This document shows, piece by piece, positions 9,029 to 18,927 of a DNA stretch of 64,000 nucleotides. The DNA comes from a virus. The notes below the pieces were generated by a model. It did not search any database and was not told where the DNA came from. It saw nothing but the letters and a program-made list of their open reading frames with translations. How positions within the stretch are numbered: the first letter of the stretch is position 1; each line of letters opens with the position of its first letter. The stretch lies in IMG/VR virus record IMGVR_UViG_3300001200_000009. One strand, written 5' to 3'. The position numbers and the translations under genes are program-made.

Positions 9029-9121
9029 TGGCATATCAGGCTGGAATCGAACCAGCAAAGAGATTAACTCATGAGTACTCGGGCCCAGTCTCATTGAACT
9101 TACCATTAGTTCAACTGATAT
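9029..9121 (-). ncRNA. 93-nt atypical tRNA-like RNA, anticodon not assignable
   Basis: ATATCAG/CTGATAT-GCCA, D arm GAAC/GTTC, T arm GCTGG-TTCGATT-CCAGC; irregular anticodon arm. Confidence 0.6.
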
Positions 9122-9122
9122 A

Positions 9123-9199
9123 TGGTAGTGGAGGGCAGGTTCGAACTGCCGACCTCAGAATTATGAGTTCTGCGCTCTCACCAACTGAGCTACTCCACT
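9123..9199 (-). tRNA. tRNA-Met/Ile2(CAT)
   Basis: CAGAA-CTCATAA-TTCTG, CCA. Confidence 0.88.
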
Positions 9200-9207
9200 C
9201 TGGGTTT

Positions 9208-9297
9208 GGTAGGGGCACCGGGATTCGAACCCGGATAAACCGCTAATCTGGCGCTACGGGATATAAATCCGCTGCTTTACCCTTAAGCTATACCCCC
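9208..9297 (-). tRNA. tRNA with TAT anticodon (Ile-AUA) and long variable arm
   Basis: GCGGA-TTTATAT-CCCGT, class II variable arm, canonical T arm, CCA. Confidence 0.7.
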
Positions 9298-9311
9298 GAA
9301 GGGTTACAGCT

Positions 9312-9683
9312 TTATATGTCTGTCAAGTCTTTAAACTTGGCGAGAACTTTACGAGCTTGCTCTGCTTCGGAGTTAAGGTCTGCCTTTAGTCGCTCATTTG
9401 CGGCTTCAGCATCCTTAGCCTTGGCGTCTGCTGCAGAGTCAACTGCGTCGCGTTTTGCCTTGATTTTAGCTTCTTTTGCGGCTAAGGCATCAGCTTTACG
9501 GGCGCGTTGAGCTTCGGTTTTTGCAATAGAAGCCTCTAGAATAGCATCAGCGGCGTCTTGCTCTTCATCGATTTGACGAAGGTTTTCGGCAAGTTCATCT
9601 GAAATCTTGAGGAAAACTTCAATCACTTTGTTTGTCGCTCGACGACGGCGTAGCCGTAGTTTCCGCAGGATTAGGTCTAGCAT
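9312..9683 (-). CDS. Ala-rich coiled-coil hypothetical protein
   Basis: ORF with AGGA SD. Confidence 0.7.
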   Translation of the reverse strand: MLDLILRKLRLRRRRATNKVIEVFLKISDELAENLRQIDEEQDAADAILEASIAKTEAQRARKADALAAKEAKIKAKRDAVDSAADAKAKDAEAANERLKADLNSEAEQARKVLAKFKDLTDI

Positions 9684-9695
9684 AATGTATTCCTG

Positions 9696-10079
9696 TTATC
9701 TGTAAGATTTATACTTACGTTTACCATTGCCGATATTTTTAGCTCTATGTGTGTCCGTTTGACAATGACAGTTAGGACAAACAAATTCTGTGTTTTCTAT
9801 ACAGTTGTTGAGTGCATCACCATCAATATGATTAACCTCTAAAACTAATGGCTTTCCTTGCCAAATACCTGGATTAAAACATACTGAACACGAATATCCT
9901 TTATGTTCTATTAGCAGATTTCTGGTCCACTCTCCAGTTCTATAGAATAATGATTTCCCTACATATTTTCCGTTAAGATAATTTTCTCTTTTCGTAGCAC
10001 TTTGAAATGCCTGTTGACATTTGTTGCTACAATAAGAAGAATTAGTAGTTTCTTCATTACAAAATTTACAATTATTCAT
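9696..10079 (-). CDS. HNH endonuclease
   Basis: CSVC, LEVNHIDGDALNN, VCPNCH; TATAAATA just upstream. Confidence 0.88.
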   Translation of the reverse strand: MNNCKFCNEETTNSSYCSNKCQQAFQSATKRENYLNGKYVGKSLFYRTGEWTRNLLIEHKGYSCSVCFNPGIWQGKPLVLEVNHIDGDALNNCIENTEFVCPNCHCQTDTHRAKNIGNGKRKYKSYR

Positions 10080-10123
10080 GCTTATATTTATAAGCTACCG
10101 ATTGTAAATCGTTTGGTTTAAGT

Positions 10124-10200
10124 TGGTAAGCACGGTGGGATTCGAACCCACGATCAGGGATTAAAAGTCCCCCGCTTTAGACCAACTAAGCTACGGGCCT
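10124..10200 (-). tRNA. tRNA-Lys(TTT)
   Basis: GGGGA-CTTTTAA-TCCCT, CCA. Confidence 0.9.
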
Positions 10201-10204
10201 GTAG

Positions 10205-10516
10205 CTAGCGTTTTAACTTTTCGCAGGAAACGGTTCCAGCTTCGTAATTGCTCAGATATGACGTGTCTGACGTATAGAAGCGATACTGAGTATAAGTCGA
10301 GCCGTTTTCAGTCTTACAAGTGAAAACTTCTGGTTCAACTGTCGCCATAATTCGTTCTGCGCGAGCGATAGATTCCTGTGTAGGTGCATTTTCCCGAGCT
10401 TGAACCAAAGATTCGGCATAGGCTGGATTATCTGCACTAATCGCTGTTTGAGCCATGGCTGGAGCCGCAGCTCCGCATGACGCGATAAATAAAGCGGCTA
10501 AGAGAGTTTTTCTCAT
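10205..10516 (-). CDS. Secreted/periplasmic hypothetical protein
   Basis: N-terminal signal peptide MRKTLLAALFIA..AMA. Confidence 0.7.
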   Translation of the reverse strand: MRKTLLAALFIASCGAAAPAMAQTAISADNPAYAESLVQARENAPTQESIARAERIMATVEPEVFTCKTENGSTYTQYRFYTSDTSYLSNYEAGTVSCEKLKR

Positions 10517-10604
10517 TGTGTGTCCTGTTAGTGAAAGTTGTTTTAATTGATAGGTCGATTATATACTAAACGAACGGTAATGTAAACAACTAATGTGAAT
10601 TTAT

Positions 10605-11660
10605 TTATAAGAAATTTGCGAGTGTATTTGAAGTTTTTGCTCTAGCCACTCTTCGTTTCTGGCTACGTTTCTCATCATCTCGTATCTGCATATAGACTCC
10701 GAACTGACAACAGAGAACTTCGGTGCCATAATACTTCAGACTGTCTTGAGGGTCTTTGAAAAGTCCCTTACCTTCATGCATGATATTATAGGCGTCTGGA
10801 TGAAACTTTACCCCGTCTGTAAGACCTACTGCGTCAGCATTTTCTCGAAGAAAATACACAGCTTCGGCTAGATGTTTGTTTGGCACATCAGGCCAGAGTT
10901 GTTTGATGGTCCATACGGCACCAGGTCCAGGAGCCACAAAGCGTTGGTCGTGATGATACTTTAGCTGGGGAAGGACAGACGTCGAGGTCGCTGCGTGAAA
11001 GCCATAATAATCGCCGATACCAGGCAACTTCTTAAGAATTTTATATGTCTCATTGAGGTGGTCCGAATCTAAGAGGCCCTGAACAGTTCCATTATCTTCG
11101 AAACTTGCGACCCATTCAATGACGTCAATAGTGTTAAACGGCCTATTGGGGTCTGCATATTTACTTCGACAAAAGTTTCGTGAAGCGGTTTGGATAGAGG
11201 TATGAAGCTCAGTTGTTCCCCATATTGGCTGGCCGCTTGCCTTAGCTTTGAGCACGTTTCGTCGAAGTTCATCGAGATATTTGGGTTCGGAAAGAGCCCT
11301 ATCGAAATCAACAAATCCATTTGGGGTTTGGGTGATGGCTTCATGAACTCCACGAGCTCCATAAAAATGGGATATGAGCGTATTGCCAAGAATTGACAGA
11401 AAGCTCATATCCAGTTGTGAGATTACGGTCCCGATAAACCGCATTCGGTCGTCGAGTGTAATCGTCGGATGGAAATATTCGACATCTTCATGTAAGCCAA
11501 AGCAGTTGGACCCATCCCTACGGACAGATTCGTATTCTTCGGTAATGAAAGACCGCTCTATGCAGGCACGTTGGTTAATCTTGCGAAGGAACCAATTGAA
11601 TTCCAGCATAAGGTCTTTGTCGTATTTCCACCAGTCGTAGTTGTAGCTAGGGGAATTCAT
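10605..11660 (-). CDS. aGPT-pyrophosphorylase / amino acid:DNA transferase-like HhH protein (DNA hypermodification)
   Basis: HhH LKKLPGIGDYYGF, VAPGPGA motif, C-terminal EVLCCQF. Confidence 0.65.
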   Translation of the reverse strand: MNSPSYNYDWWKYDKDLMLEFNWFLRKINQRACIERSFITEEYESVRRDGSNCFGLHEDVEYFHPTITLDDRMRFIGTVISQLDMSFLSILGNTLISHFYGARGVHEAITQTPNGFVDFDRALSEPKYLDELRRNVLKAKASGQPIWGTTELHTSIQTASRNFCRSKYADPNRPFNTIDVIEWVASFEDNGTVQGLLDSDHLNETYKILKKLPGIGDYYGFHAATSTSVLPQLKYHHDQRFVAPGPGAVWTIKQLWPDVPNKHLAEAVYFLRENADAVGLTDGVKFHPDAYNIMHEGKGLFKDPQDSLKYYGTEVLCCQFGVYMQIRDDEKRSQKRRVARAKTSNTLANFL

Positions 11661-12039
11661 GCCTTACGTTTTCTTTCTCAACAAGGTCTGAAATCACCAT
11701 AATGACTTCAATCCATGGACATTCTTGCTTGATGATTTCGCCTTGAACTGGGTCATCTTCGTAATGGACAACCAACTCTGGATATCCGGCGTTTACAAGC
11801 TCATTTAGAATTTTGGCTTTGTGGTAACCCGAAGACTCTCTAGTCTTCTCTTCGAAATATACTGGGTTCATCCACATAGGATTATAAATGCCTTTAGACT
11901 CTAGCATTCGTCGAGTTTCAGTTTTCTCTTGGAATGAACGACCAGTGATGATAATATCTTGAGGGCGGGGCTTTAAACCAGGGACACGAGGCCCCTGATA
12001 AATTACGCCGTCAATATCATATGAGGCTACTACATCCAT
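11647..12039 (-). CDS. Small HAD-superfamily phosphatase
   Basis: YDIDG, ITGRS, K, EDD motifs. Confidence 0.8.
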   Translation of the reverse strand: MDVVASYDIDGVIYQGPRVPGLKPRPQDIIITGRSFQEKTETRRMLESKGIYNPMWMNPVYFEEKTRESSGYHKAKILNELVNAGYPELVVHYEDDPVQGEIIKQECPWIEVIMVISDLVEKENVRHEFP

Positions 12040-13253
12040 TATGGATGGGCCGATTCATGAACGTACTGGACTTTACCATTGATTTTGGTAATTGAATAGC
12101 CAGTAGGAATTTCGCCGTTTGCAAGCATTTCGCATTCGTTATAGGCTTGACCTGGACGCATATCGACTGGAGGTGTCTTTTGAGTCCAAGCTGATGGACC
12201 AATCAGAGGTCCAACGATATCCAAGTCTCTAGCGGCCATCACGTAACGAATAGCATCGATTACAACCCCAGCTGAATTCGGCGAGTCTTGGCAAGATAAG
12301 TCAGCCGTGAATTCGAACGGTGCACCGCCGAATATGGTCCCTTTGATAAGCCACGAAGCACGTTTATTATCTCCCAAGGCTGGGAAGTATTTGGCTGGTC
12401 CTGCTGCGAGGGAATTTGGTTTCGTTTCGACATCGGCAATCTCATTCTGTTTTCGAATTACGTTCTCTTTCGAGATTTTCTTTGACGCCAACCGTGATTG
12501 GTCTTGCATGTTCAAGAAGTCTGTGTTACCACCAACGTTGTCTTGGTAATGGACATCAACAGTCCCACCACGTTTAATGAACAGCTCTTGTAGAACAGCC
12601 GAGATAATCGAAGCGCCAATTTGAGAACGCATATCATCACCAATCGCTGGAATTCCAGCTTTGATAAGCTTTTGCTGATATTCTGGATTAGACACAATGA
12701 ATTCTGGAATACAGTTAACGAATGGTACCTTTGCTTCGATACAAGCGTCTAGATAGAATCGAGTTGCGTCATGAGAACCGACCGGAAGGTAGTTGAGAAC
12801 AACATCAACCTTATTGTCTTTGAGCTCTTGGATGAATTCTTTTTGACGGCGAGATTGCTCTTCGTCTCCGGTAATGTAGGCTCCTGTTGATAAAGCGAAA
12901 GACTCATCATCAGGATAAGAACCGTCTACCATGTGTTTACCTACACCATCAAGAGCTGGACCACAGATAACATTTACGTCTGTTGTGCAAACGTTTACGA
13001 TATCATCGGTGTTAACACCAAGGTCAATAGCGCAGTTTGGTTTCATGTAGATTGCATCGGCCAGAGGTTGACCAACTTTGCGAGCATCAATATCATATGC
13101 AAGAACGAATCGAATATCCGTTGGAGCATATCCTGAGATTTTTTCAAATCCAAGACCTTGAAGCGGGGTCTTATGAGAAAGCGCAACACCCTCGACAAGA
13201 GACTTTGCGCAGTTTCCGACGCCAATGATGGCGACATTAATGAGTTTTGACAT
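12039..13253 (-). CDS. ino1: myo-Inositol-1-phosphate synthase
   Basis: IGVGNCA, NYLPVGS, GDDMRSQIG, NVGGNTDFLNM, DSPNSAG. Confidence 0.95.
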   Translation of the reverse strand: MSKLINVAIIGVGNCAKSLVEGVALSHKTPLQGLGFEKISGYAPTDIRFVLAYDIDARKVGQPLADAIYMKPNCAIDLGVNTDDIVNVCTTDVNVICGPALDGVGKHMVDGSYPDDESFALSTGAYITGDEEQSRRQKEFIQELKDNKVDVVLNYLPVGSHDATRFYLDACIEAKVPFVNCIPEFIVSNPEYQQKLIKAGIPAIGDDMRSQIGASIISAVLQELFIKRGGTVDVHYQDNVGGNTDFLNMQDQSRLASKKISKENVIRKQNEIADVETKPNSLAAGPAKYFPALGDNKRASWLIKGTIFGGAPFEFTADLSCQDSPNSAGVVIDAIRYVMAARDLDIVGPLIGPSAWTQKTPPVDMRPGQAYNECEMLANGEIPTGYSITKINGKVQYVHESAHP

Positions 13254-13423
13254 TATTTTCCTTATATCAGTTGGTTTATAGTGGCAAATTTGTCTGGAAT
13301 AGAGTAGGCCACTTTTTACTATTTTATCACAATTTTATCAATAAGTAAACTGATAAAATATAAATAATTTGTCGACCACGATAGTACTATATCTGCCGAC
13401 ACTAAGCTAACTAGGAGCATCAG

Positions 13424-13951
13424 GTGATTTATTTATATCTCAAAACCCACAACAAAACCGGCCTAAAATATCTAGGCAAAACAACTAGTAAGGACCCGTT
13501 CAAGTATAGAGGTTCGGGTCTTTATTGGAAGCAGCATTTATCAAAACATGGTAATGATGTAGATACCAAAATATTAGGTGAATTCGATTCTGTTAAAGAA
13601 GCCAGAAAAGAAGGAATAAGGCTTTCTAGATTATGGAATATTATAGATTCCGATGAGTTTGCAAATCTTATGGAAGAAACTTGTGATGGAACTGTGGGTA
13701 AGGGGCGTAAAATGACTTCAGAGCATAAAGCCAAATTGTCTAAATCTCATTCTGGAGAAATTCATACCGAAGAAAGAAAAACAAATGTCTCTAGAGCCTT
13801 AAAGGGCAAGAAGAAATCTGAAGCTCATAAAAATCTTATGAAAGAAGGAATGAGATTGGCAAAGCTAAATCCGTTACCAGACAAATGCCCTAAATGCGGA
13901 TTTCAAACTAAGTGGACAACCTCGTTAAGGAGACACTTAAAGCGATGTTAG
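13424..13951 (+). CDS. Free-standing GIY-YIG homing endonuclease
   Basis: YLYLKTH..GLKYLGKT, YRGSG, NUMOD3-like repeats; TATAAATA 13359-13366. Confidence 0.88.
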   Translation: MIYLYLKTHNKTGLKYLGKTTSKDPFKYRGSGLYWKQHLSKHGNDVDTKILGEFDSVKEARKEGIRLSRLWNIIDSDEFANLMEETCDGTVGKGRKMTSEHKAKLSKSHSGEIHTEERKTNVSRALKGKKKSEAHKNLMKEGMRLAKLNPLPDKCPKCGFQTKWTTSLRRHLKRC

Positions 13952-14000
13952 TCCAGGCGGAGCGCTACACAAAGATTTACATCATCTTCGGTTGCTTCCA

Positions 14001-14414
14001 TCATGCTGTAGCAGAAACTCGTGCATCGACTTGGTCTAAGAAGACCACGCGCTTTGAAGGTAGAGTAGCTGATAGGCCAGTGGATTCTCGTTCGGCATTC
14101 ATCGACTGAGATTGAGTATCAAGCGCTTGGACAGACATCGCATTTTTCCATGCGTTGTTATAGCCGAAGCCTTGAAGTTTAAACCCGACGCCAGATTGGG
14201 CAAGTTCTTGACCCCAAATGGTACGAGTATGGTAGGTGTAGCCCGGTTGGGCATAGAAGAACATTCCAAGGAAGAATGCAATCGCTGTAGCAACGCCCAC
14301 CGGAATACGGATAAGCTTGAACAGGTTTTGCTGAGAAGTATTAGAACTCTTCTTGGCTAGGAACGTCAGGGCGAAGATTGCAACAATCCCCGCAATCACT
14401 ATAAACAATGACAT
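14001..14414 (-). pseudogene. N-terminal fragment of an SPFH/band-7 membrane protein
   Basis: Two TM helices then YAQPGY..RTIWG..FLDQVDA; stops where the SPFH core should continue; no continuation in other frames. Confidence 0.45.
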
Positions 14415-15136
14415 AGGTTTTCCTTAAGTTTGTGGTGCCGGAATGGCGTGTTTAGTATAATCTATTCGGTGGTGGTTGTAAACGTTTAATTCACTTTTTA
14501 ATCTCCCTCTTCATTCCAAAGCATTTCAAGTATTTGTTCTTCGATGTCCGCCTCGGATAGACCATCAAAGTGTTCTGGATGTTCTCGTGCCGCCTTCAGG
14601 TAGCTTGCAATTGCTTTTTCGAGAGCGTTTTCGATTTGGCGTTTAGCCTCTTGTATTTTACGTTCGAGACTCATTAGTCGCACCCATAAGTTTCTACCGA
14701 GTCGTTCGCAACGATTTCACAATTGTCATGAATTTTCTCGACGCTATAGTTTGGATAAGCCTGTATCATATTTGATGTGCAGGCTTTGTAGGTCATTTGT
14801 GCCATCGGACATTCGGAATCGATTGTCATTGTTTTGGCTTCAAGGTTGATGATAACCTCTTCAACAGGCGGGACGACAGGCTCAGCGCAGGCTGTAAGGG
14901 CCAATAGTCCCAATGATAGAAATGCTAGTCTCATGCTGGACTCCAGTGTGTTAGCGTGCCCTTTGATAGATAGCGATAAACACCATCCGGGTCGGTGTAG
15001 CGATGGACAAAGCCAAGAACGGCGTCTGTCTTTATCACGTTCTGATAACGAATTGGACCTTGTGGAGACACCTGCCATCCAGTAAACGGTGATGGCGTCT
15101 TCTTATTGATAGGCAACAATTCAATCTCAGTGGCCA

Positions 15137-15769
15137 TTAGTATTTCTCTTGAAGAGCAAAAGCAAGCTCATGGTATTGACCATCGAGCGTAGATGCCTTT
15201 GAGAAATTGCGAATGTCAAGGAAGTCCTTTGCAGTCATCTTTGAGACGTAGTCGAGCTTTTGAATAGCTTGACGCGCAATAGCATCCCGAGATGAATAAA
15301 CCTGTTCAAAGAACGACTTAAACTTAGAGTCCGCATGAACCGCTTCGTTGTTACGACGAGCATAGGCGTAACGAAGCCATGGAATACCAAGCCATTGAGC
15401 ACGAGAAACTGCGCCGTTACGTGAGCCACAGTCATAGAAGTTTACACCACGAAGAGCAGCATCAATTAGAAATTGATAGTCCGTCTCAACGATAAAACGC
15501 CATAATAGTTTTTGCTCAAGATGGGTGGATTGCATTCTCACAAGGCGAGGGTCATCGACTTCGTCAATAAACTCTAAACCATTCGTAAGGTTTAGATAAG
15601 GGACGCGCTCGATTTCTGCTCTCTCGTCGAGAGGGAAGAGGTCTTTGTCTTCGATTTTAGTTGTGGTAGGGGCAGCTTCTTTTGAGAGAAGTGCGGCTAG
15701 TTCAGGCAGGATTTGGTCCCTACTTACTAGTCTAAGTTCACCGTTGGGGTGTAGTTCGTAGATTTGCAT
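15137..15769 (-). CDS. Hypothetical protein
   Basis: 210-aa ORF, GGAG SD. Confidence 0.7.
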   Translation of the reverse strand: MQIYELHPNGELRLVSRDQILPELAALLSKEAAPTTTKIEDKDLFPLDERAEIERVPYLNLTNGLEFIDEVDDPRLVRMQSTHLEQKLLWRFIVETDYQFLIDAALRGVNFYDCGSRNGAVSRAQWLGIPWLRYAYARRNNEAVHADSKFKSFFEQVYSSRDAIARQAIQKLDYVSKMTAKDFLDIRNFSKASTLDGQYHELAFALQEKY

Positions 15770-16059
15770 GCTCGACTCCTAAATTGGCAAATAGCAACAG
15801 AAGATGCAGAACTGGAACCAAAACCATTTGACTTTATGTTTCATAATATTCTCCATTCATAATAAGCTTATATACTATTGGAGCGTATTTGTAAACGATT
15901 AGTTTCGAGTTTTGATGAATTCTTTTGCTTCAATTTCGGTGTCGAAGTCTTTTTGGAAATGGTCTGGATACGTACGTGAGAAGACTCTCCAGACTACCTT
16001 GCCTGGAGAGAGTGTAGAACCTTTAAGGAGCTTGTAGTGAAATTCGGGTAATTCAGCCA

Positions 16060-17142
16060 TTAGTACTCCCAGCGTGTTTCACCGAACATTTCGGCAAGTT
16101 CATCCACGCGGTCTTGTTTGATAAGACGCTTGTTCATGTAGTCCATTATGACCTGCATCGGAGAATAATTTCCTCGCTCTCGCATTTTGAACCAAAGTCC
16201 TTGAAGGGGCTTTGCTACTTCCTTGAGTACGAACATCGCAAAGTCCTTTTGACTCAATAGAGCATACATATCGCAGTCGGTGTCAGCTTCGATAGCCACA
16301 CGACTCATGACTTCATGGAAGCCTTTGATGTATTCCTTCAATCGCTCGCGGTCTTCTTCGTTTACCGACGCCACAAGGTCATCCACCACGCCTTCGAAGA
16401 TGCAACGAATCACATTGATTTCGCGTTCAAGCATAGCCTTTGCGCGATGAAGGGTAACGTACTCATCGGCCTTAATTTTGATACGGTGACCGTTAGGCCA
16501 AACAACTACGACACCTTCGTCTCCTTTTAGAGCTTTAACCCGTTCAAGAAGTTCTTGTGGGGTTTCATTCATACCTTGCCAGTCAAGACCAATATATTCG
16601 CCTGTTTTCATATGTCGAACAGCTAATAATTGCAATTGTGGCTTTTCATATTTTACTACAATCCTATTATTTGGAGAAACGAATTCATACAGCGGAGTAT
16701 ATCCGTTAAGAATATAGCTTAGCATTTCAGCTTCAAGATTTGGCGTCATTGCGGTGTCATAAGCTAATTGAGCTTGTTCAGAAAATCCTGCCCTAGTCAT
16801 AAGTCTTATTTGTTTTGGACCGTATGGTAATAAAACTGGATGAATCATTGAGCCATCCCATTTCGTCTCTACTGAAGCAACTATGTCCCAATCAAGTTCG
16901 TCGATTCCTTGCTTCTCAAAGAGATTAAAGAACTTGTGGAATGGTCGAGCGATGATGTTACCATCGAGGTCGAATTTAATGCCACGAGCTTCAAGCGCTT
17001 CCGGAATATCGAAAGTTGTTGGTGTCACGAATTGATAATTGATGACTTGGAAGCCTTCTTCCTCTTTGACATTAAGAGTAATTCCCTCAACGTCTTGGAC
17101 AAATGGCCAAATATCGTCGATGTGATTGATGACTTTAAACAT
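16060..17142 (-). CDS. RNA ligase 1 (T4 RnlA-like)
   Basis: EARGIKF, KFFNL, TKWDGS, LYEF..NRIVV, EGVVV, IKIKADEY. Confidence 0.9.
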   Translation of the reverse strand: MFKVINHIDDIWPFVQDVEGITLNVKEEEGFQVINYQFVTPTTFDIPEALEARGIKFDLDGNIIARPFHKFFNLFEKQGIDELDWDIVASVETKWDGSMIHPVLLPYGPKQIRLMTRAGFSEQAQLAYDTAMTPNLEAEMLSYILNGYTPLYEFVSPNNRIVVKYEKPQLQLLAVRHMKTGEYIGLDWQGMNETPQELLERVKALKGDEGVVVVWPNGHRIKIKADEYVTLHRAKAMLEREINVIRCIFEGVVDDLVASVNEEDRERLKEYIKGFHEVMSRVAIEADTDCDMYALLSQKDFAMFVLKEVAKPLQGLWFKMRERGNYSPMQVIMDYMNKRLIKQDRVDELAEMFGETRWEY

Positions 17143-17575
17143 TGCGCATCTCCTTTTGCATGCGGTCATATAGAACTACGTTAACACACGAAGCGAGGTT
17201 CATGCAAAACGATGTAGGTATTTGCACGACATGGTCGGCAGGTCTAAGAATTTTAGGTCCAAGTGTTCCATCTTCAGGTCCAAAGATATAAAGAGCGCGT
17301 TCTGGATGGACGAAATCAACCAATGAGACCGAGTCAGGGACTATATCAATGGCTACCAAAGATACACCGAGCGGTTTCGAATAGATGATGTCTTCGACCC
17401 ACATTGTGTTCGTGTCTTTCCACGAATTTCTAGTGTCAGTTCGCATTTTGTTGCGGGCAAATCTATCGCCCGAAAACATTACTAAATCAGCATCATAACA
17501 TCCAGCAGCTCGGAGAATACCTCCCGCGTTGGATGGAAACTTGATGTCTTTCGCGGCTATTCCACAAAATCCCAT
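17135..17575 (-). CDS. SpoU/TrmH-family RNA methyltransferase
   Basis: NAGGILRA, YIFGPEDG, IPTSFCMNLA SPOUT motifs. Confidence 0.85.
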   Translation of the reverse strand: MGFCGIAAKDIKFPSNAGGILRAAGCYDADLVMFSGDRFARNKMRTDTRNSWKDTNTMWVEDIIYSKPLGVSLVAIDIVPDSVSLVDFVHPERALYIFGPEDGTLGPKILRPADHVVQIPTSFCMNLASCVNVVLYDRMQKEMRNV

Positions 17576-17760
17576 AATATAATCTCCATTATGGAATTCT
17601 TATATCATAGTCGGGTAGAATTGTAAACGACTAAATCACCAAATCCGAAATAGCATTAACGACTCTAAGCGCGTCATTATGATTTACGTCGTCATTGTCT
17701 ACAAAGACTCGAACATCGCCTATCCATATGACTATGCGCTTATCCCATTCGTTAAAGGGT

Positions 17761-18135
17761 TCAACTAGAGGTTTCGTCATTTTCTTCCCTTGGGCGCATT
17801 GCATAGGCAATTGTTATGCAACACAGTATGAATATCGTAACTGGCCAAGCAATATAAGCTAAAACAGACGCGACAGCTAGTCCAAATAAGCAAGCCGCCA
17901 GAAATAATATCAAGCTTATCAGTTTCCAAGTAGACCAAGCTAGATTAACATTTGTTGGAGCGAAATCCAATTTGTAGAGCTTTAGAAATTCAAATGGATA
18001 AAATCCAGAGGTACTTCGGATTGAATTATCGTAACTTCGTCTAGTCACCTTATTCCGAAATAATCCCATTCGAAGATTATAACAAAGGTCTTCTATTTTC
18101 GATGGTTCTTCGGCTACTACGGCAGGTTCAATCAT
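17761..18135 (-). CDS. Membrane protein
   Basis: Two hydrophobic segments. Confidence 0.6.
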   Translation of the reverse strand: MIEPAVVAEEPSKIEDLCYNLRMGLFRNKVTRRSYDNSIRSTSGFYPFEFLKLYKLDFAPTNVNLAWSTWKLISLILFLAACLFGLAVASVLAYIAWPVTIFILCCITIAYAMRPREENDETSS

Positions 18136-18581
18136 GGCTTAAGTCTCATATGTTGGGTTACAGTTGACAGAATTTTGTTGCTCTTCATGCCGAAGATATA
18201 GAAGGCCGTGACCTCTTCTCGAAGCATAAGCTCGTTTGTGATTGGATTAAACCATGGGTAGGTTGGGTCTGTCACTCGAGAATAGGTGATACCGTGGTCA
18301 CCATCAGTATGGTTATTGAGGTAATGTTCGATTGCAATGATGTCTTCAAGAGACCCATCAAGGTTAATCTGAGTACCAAATCCATCAGCTGCCTTTAGCC
18401 ATTCATCAACTTTCTTTGTCGGTTTCTTCACACCAACTGCAGTATCATACACAAACTTCGAAGCAGCGTGACCTGAGTGTGCCTCTGCCTTGCCTGAATT
18501 CATTGATGGAATGTCGTTACGAACGATTACAAAGAGAACTGGATAATCGTTCTCAGTAGGGTCAATATATTCAATTGCCAT
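18132..18581 (-). CDS. Peptidyl-tRNA hydrolase 2 (PTH2)-like
   Basis: VIVRNDIPSMNSGKAEAHSGHA resembles the PTH2 R-x-D..M..GK...Q..HA motif. Confidence 0.6.
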   Translation of the reverse strand: MAIEYIDPTENDYPVLFVIVRNDIPSMNSGKAEAHSGHAASKFVYDTAVGVKKPTKKVDEWLKAADGFGTQINLDGSLEDIIAIEHYLNNHTDGDHGITYSRVTDPTYPWFNPITNELMLREEVTAFYIFGMKSNKILSTVTQHMRLKP

Positions 18582-18927
18582 TTGTTTTATCCAGTGCGGT
18601 TGTAAACAGTTGAGCCATATCAGCGCCCATACGAGCTCGTAGTTGGCCAAACTCGTAGACATGTATCATCACGACCGAGCCGTCTTCATGCTCTTCGTCG
18701 AAGGCATTGATTTGGACGTTTCTGCCAAAGAAGTTGTCTCCTTCTCGCAAAAACGTTTGAAGGTCAACTAGTGCGTGTTCACTTAGCGCACCATAGATAG
18801 TGTTATTGTAGGTCAGATGATATTGCATCTCATCCCACTCGTCAATACCAGGACGGCGAGTCGTGTAAGCCGCAAGCTTGATGCCTGCTGCCAATAACTT
18901 AAATGGATTTCTAAACGTTTCAGCCAT
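18571..18927 (-). CDS. Hypothetical protein
   Basis: ORF with AGGA SD. Confidence 0.6.
   Translation of the reverse strand: MAETFRNPFKLLAAGIKLAAYTTRRPGIDEWDEMQYHLTYNNTIYGALSEHALVDLQTFLREGDNFFGRNVQINAFDEEHEDGSVVMIHVYEFGQLRARMGADMAQLFTTALDKTNGN

Noticed and set aside
9029-9121. Selenocysteine tRNA
   Set aside because: No TCA anticodon, and the D stem is 4 bp rather than 6.
9028-9246. Short ORFs across tRNA clusters (also 45888-46100, 46208-46420, 62515-62709)
   Set aside because: They are antisense readings of tRNA or ncRNA sequence.
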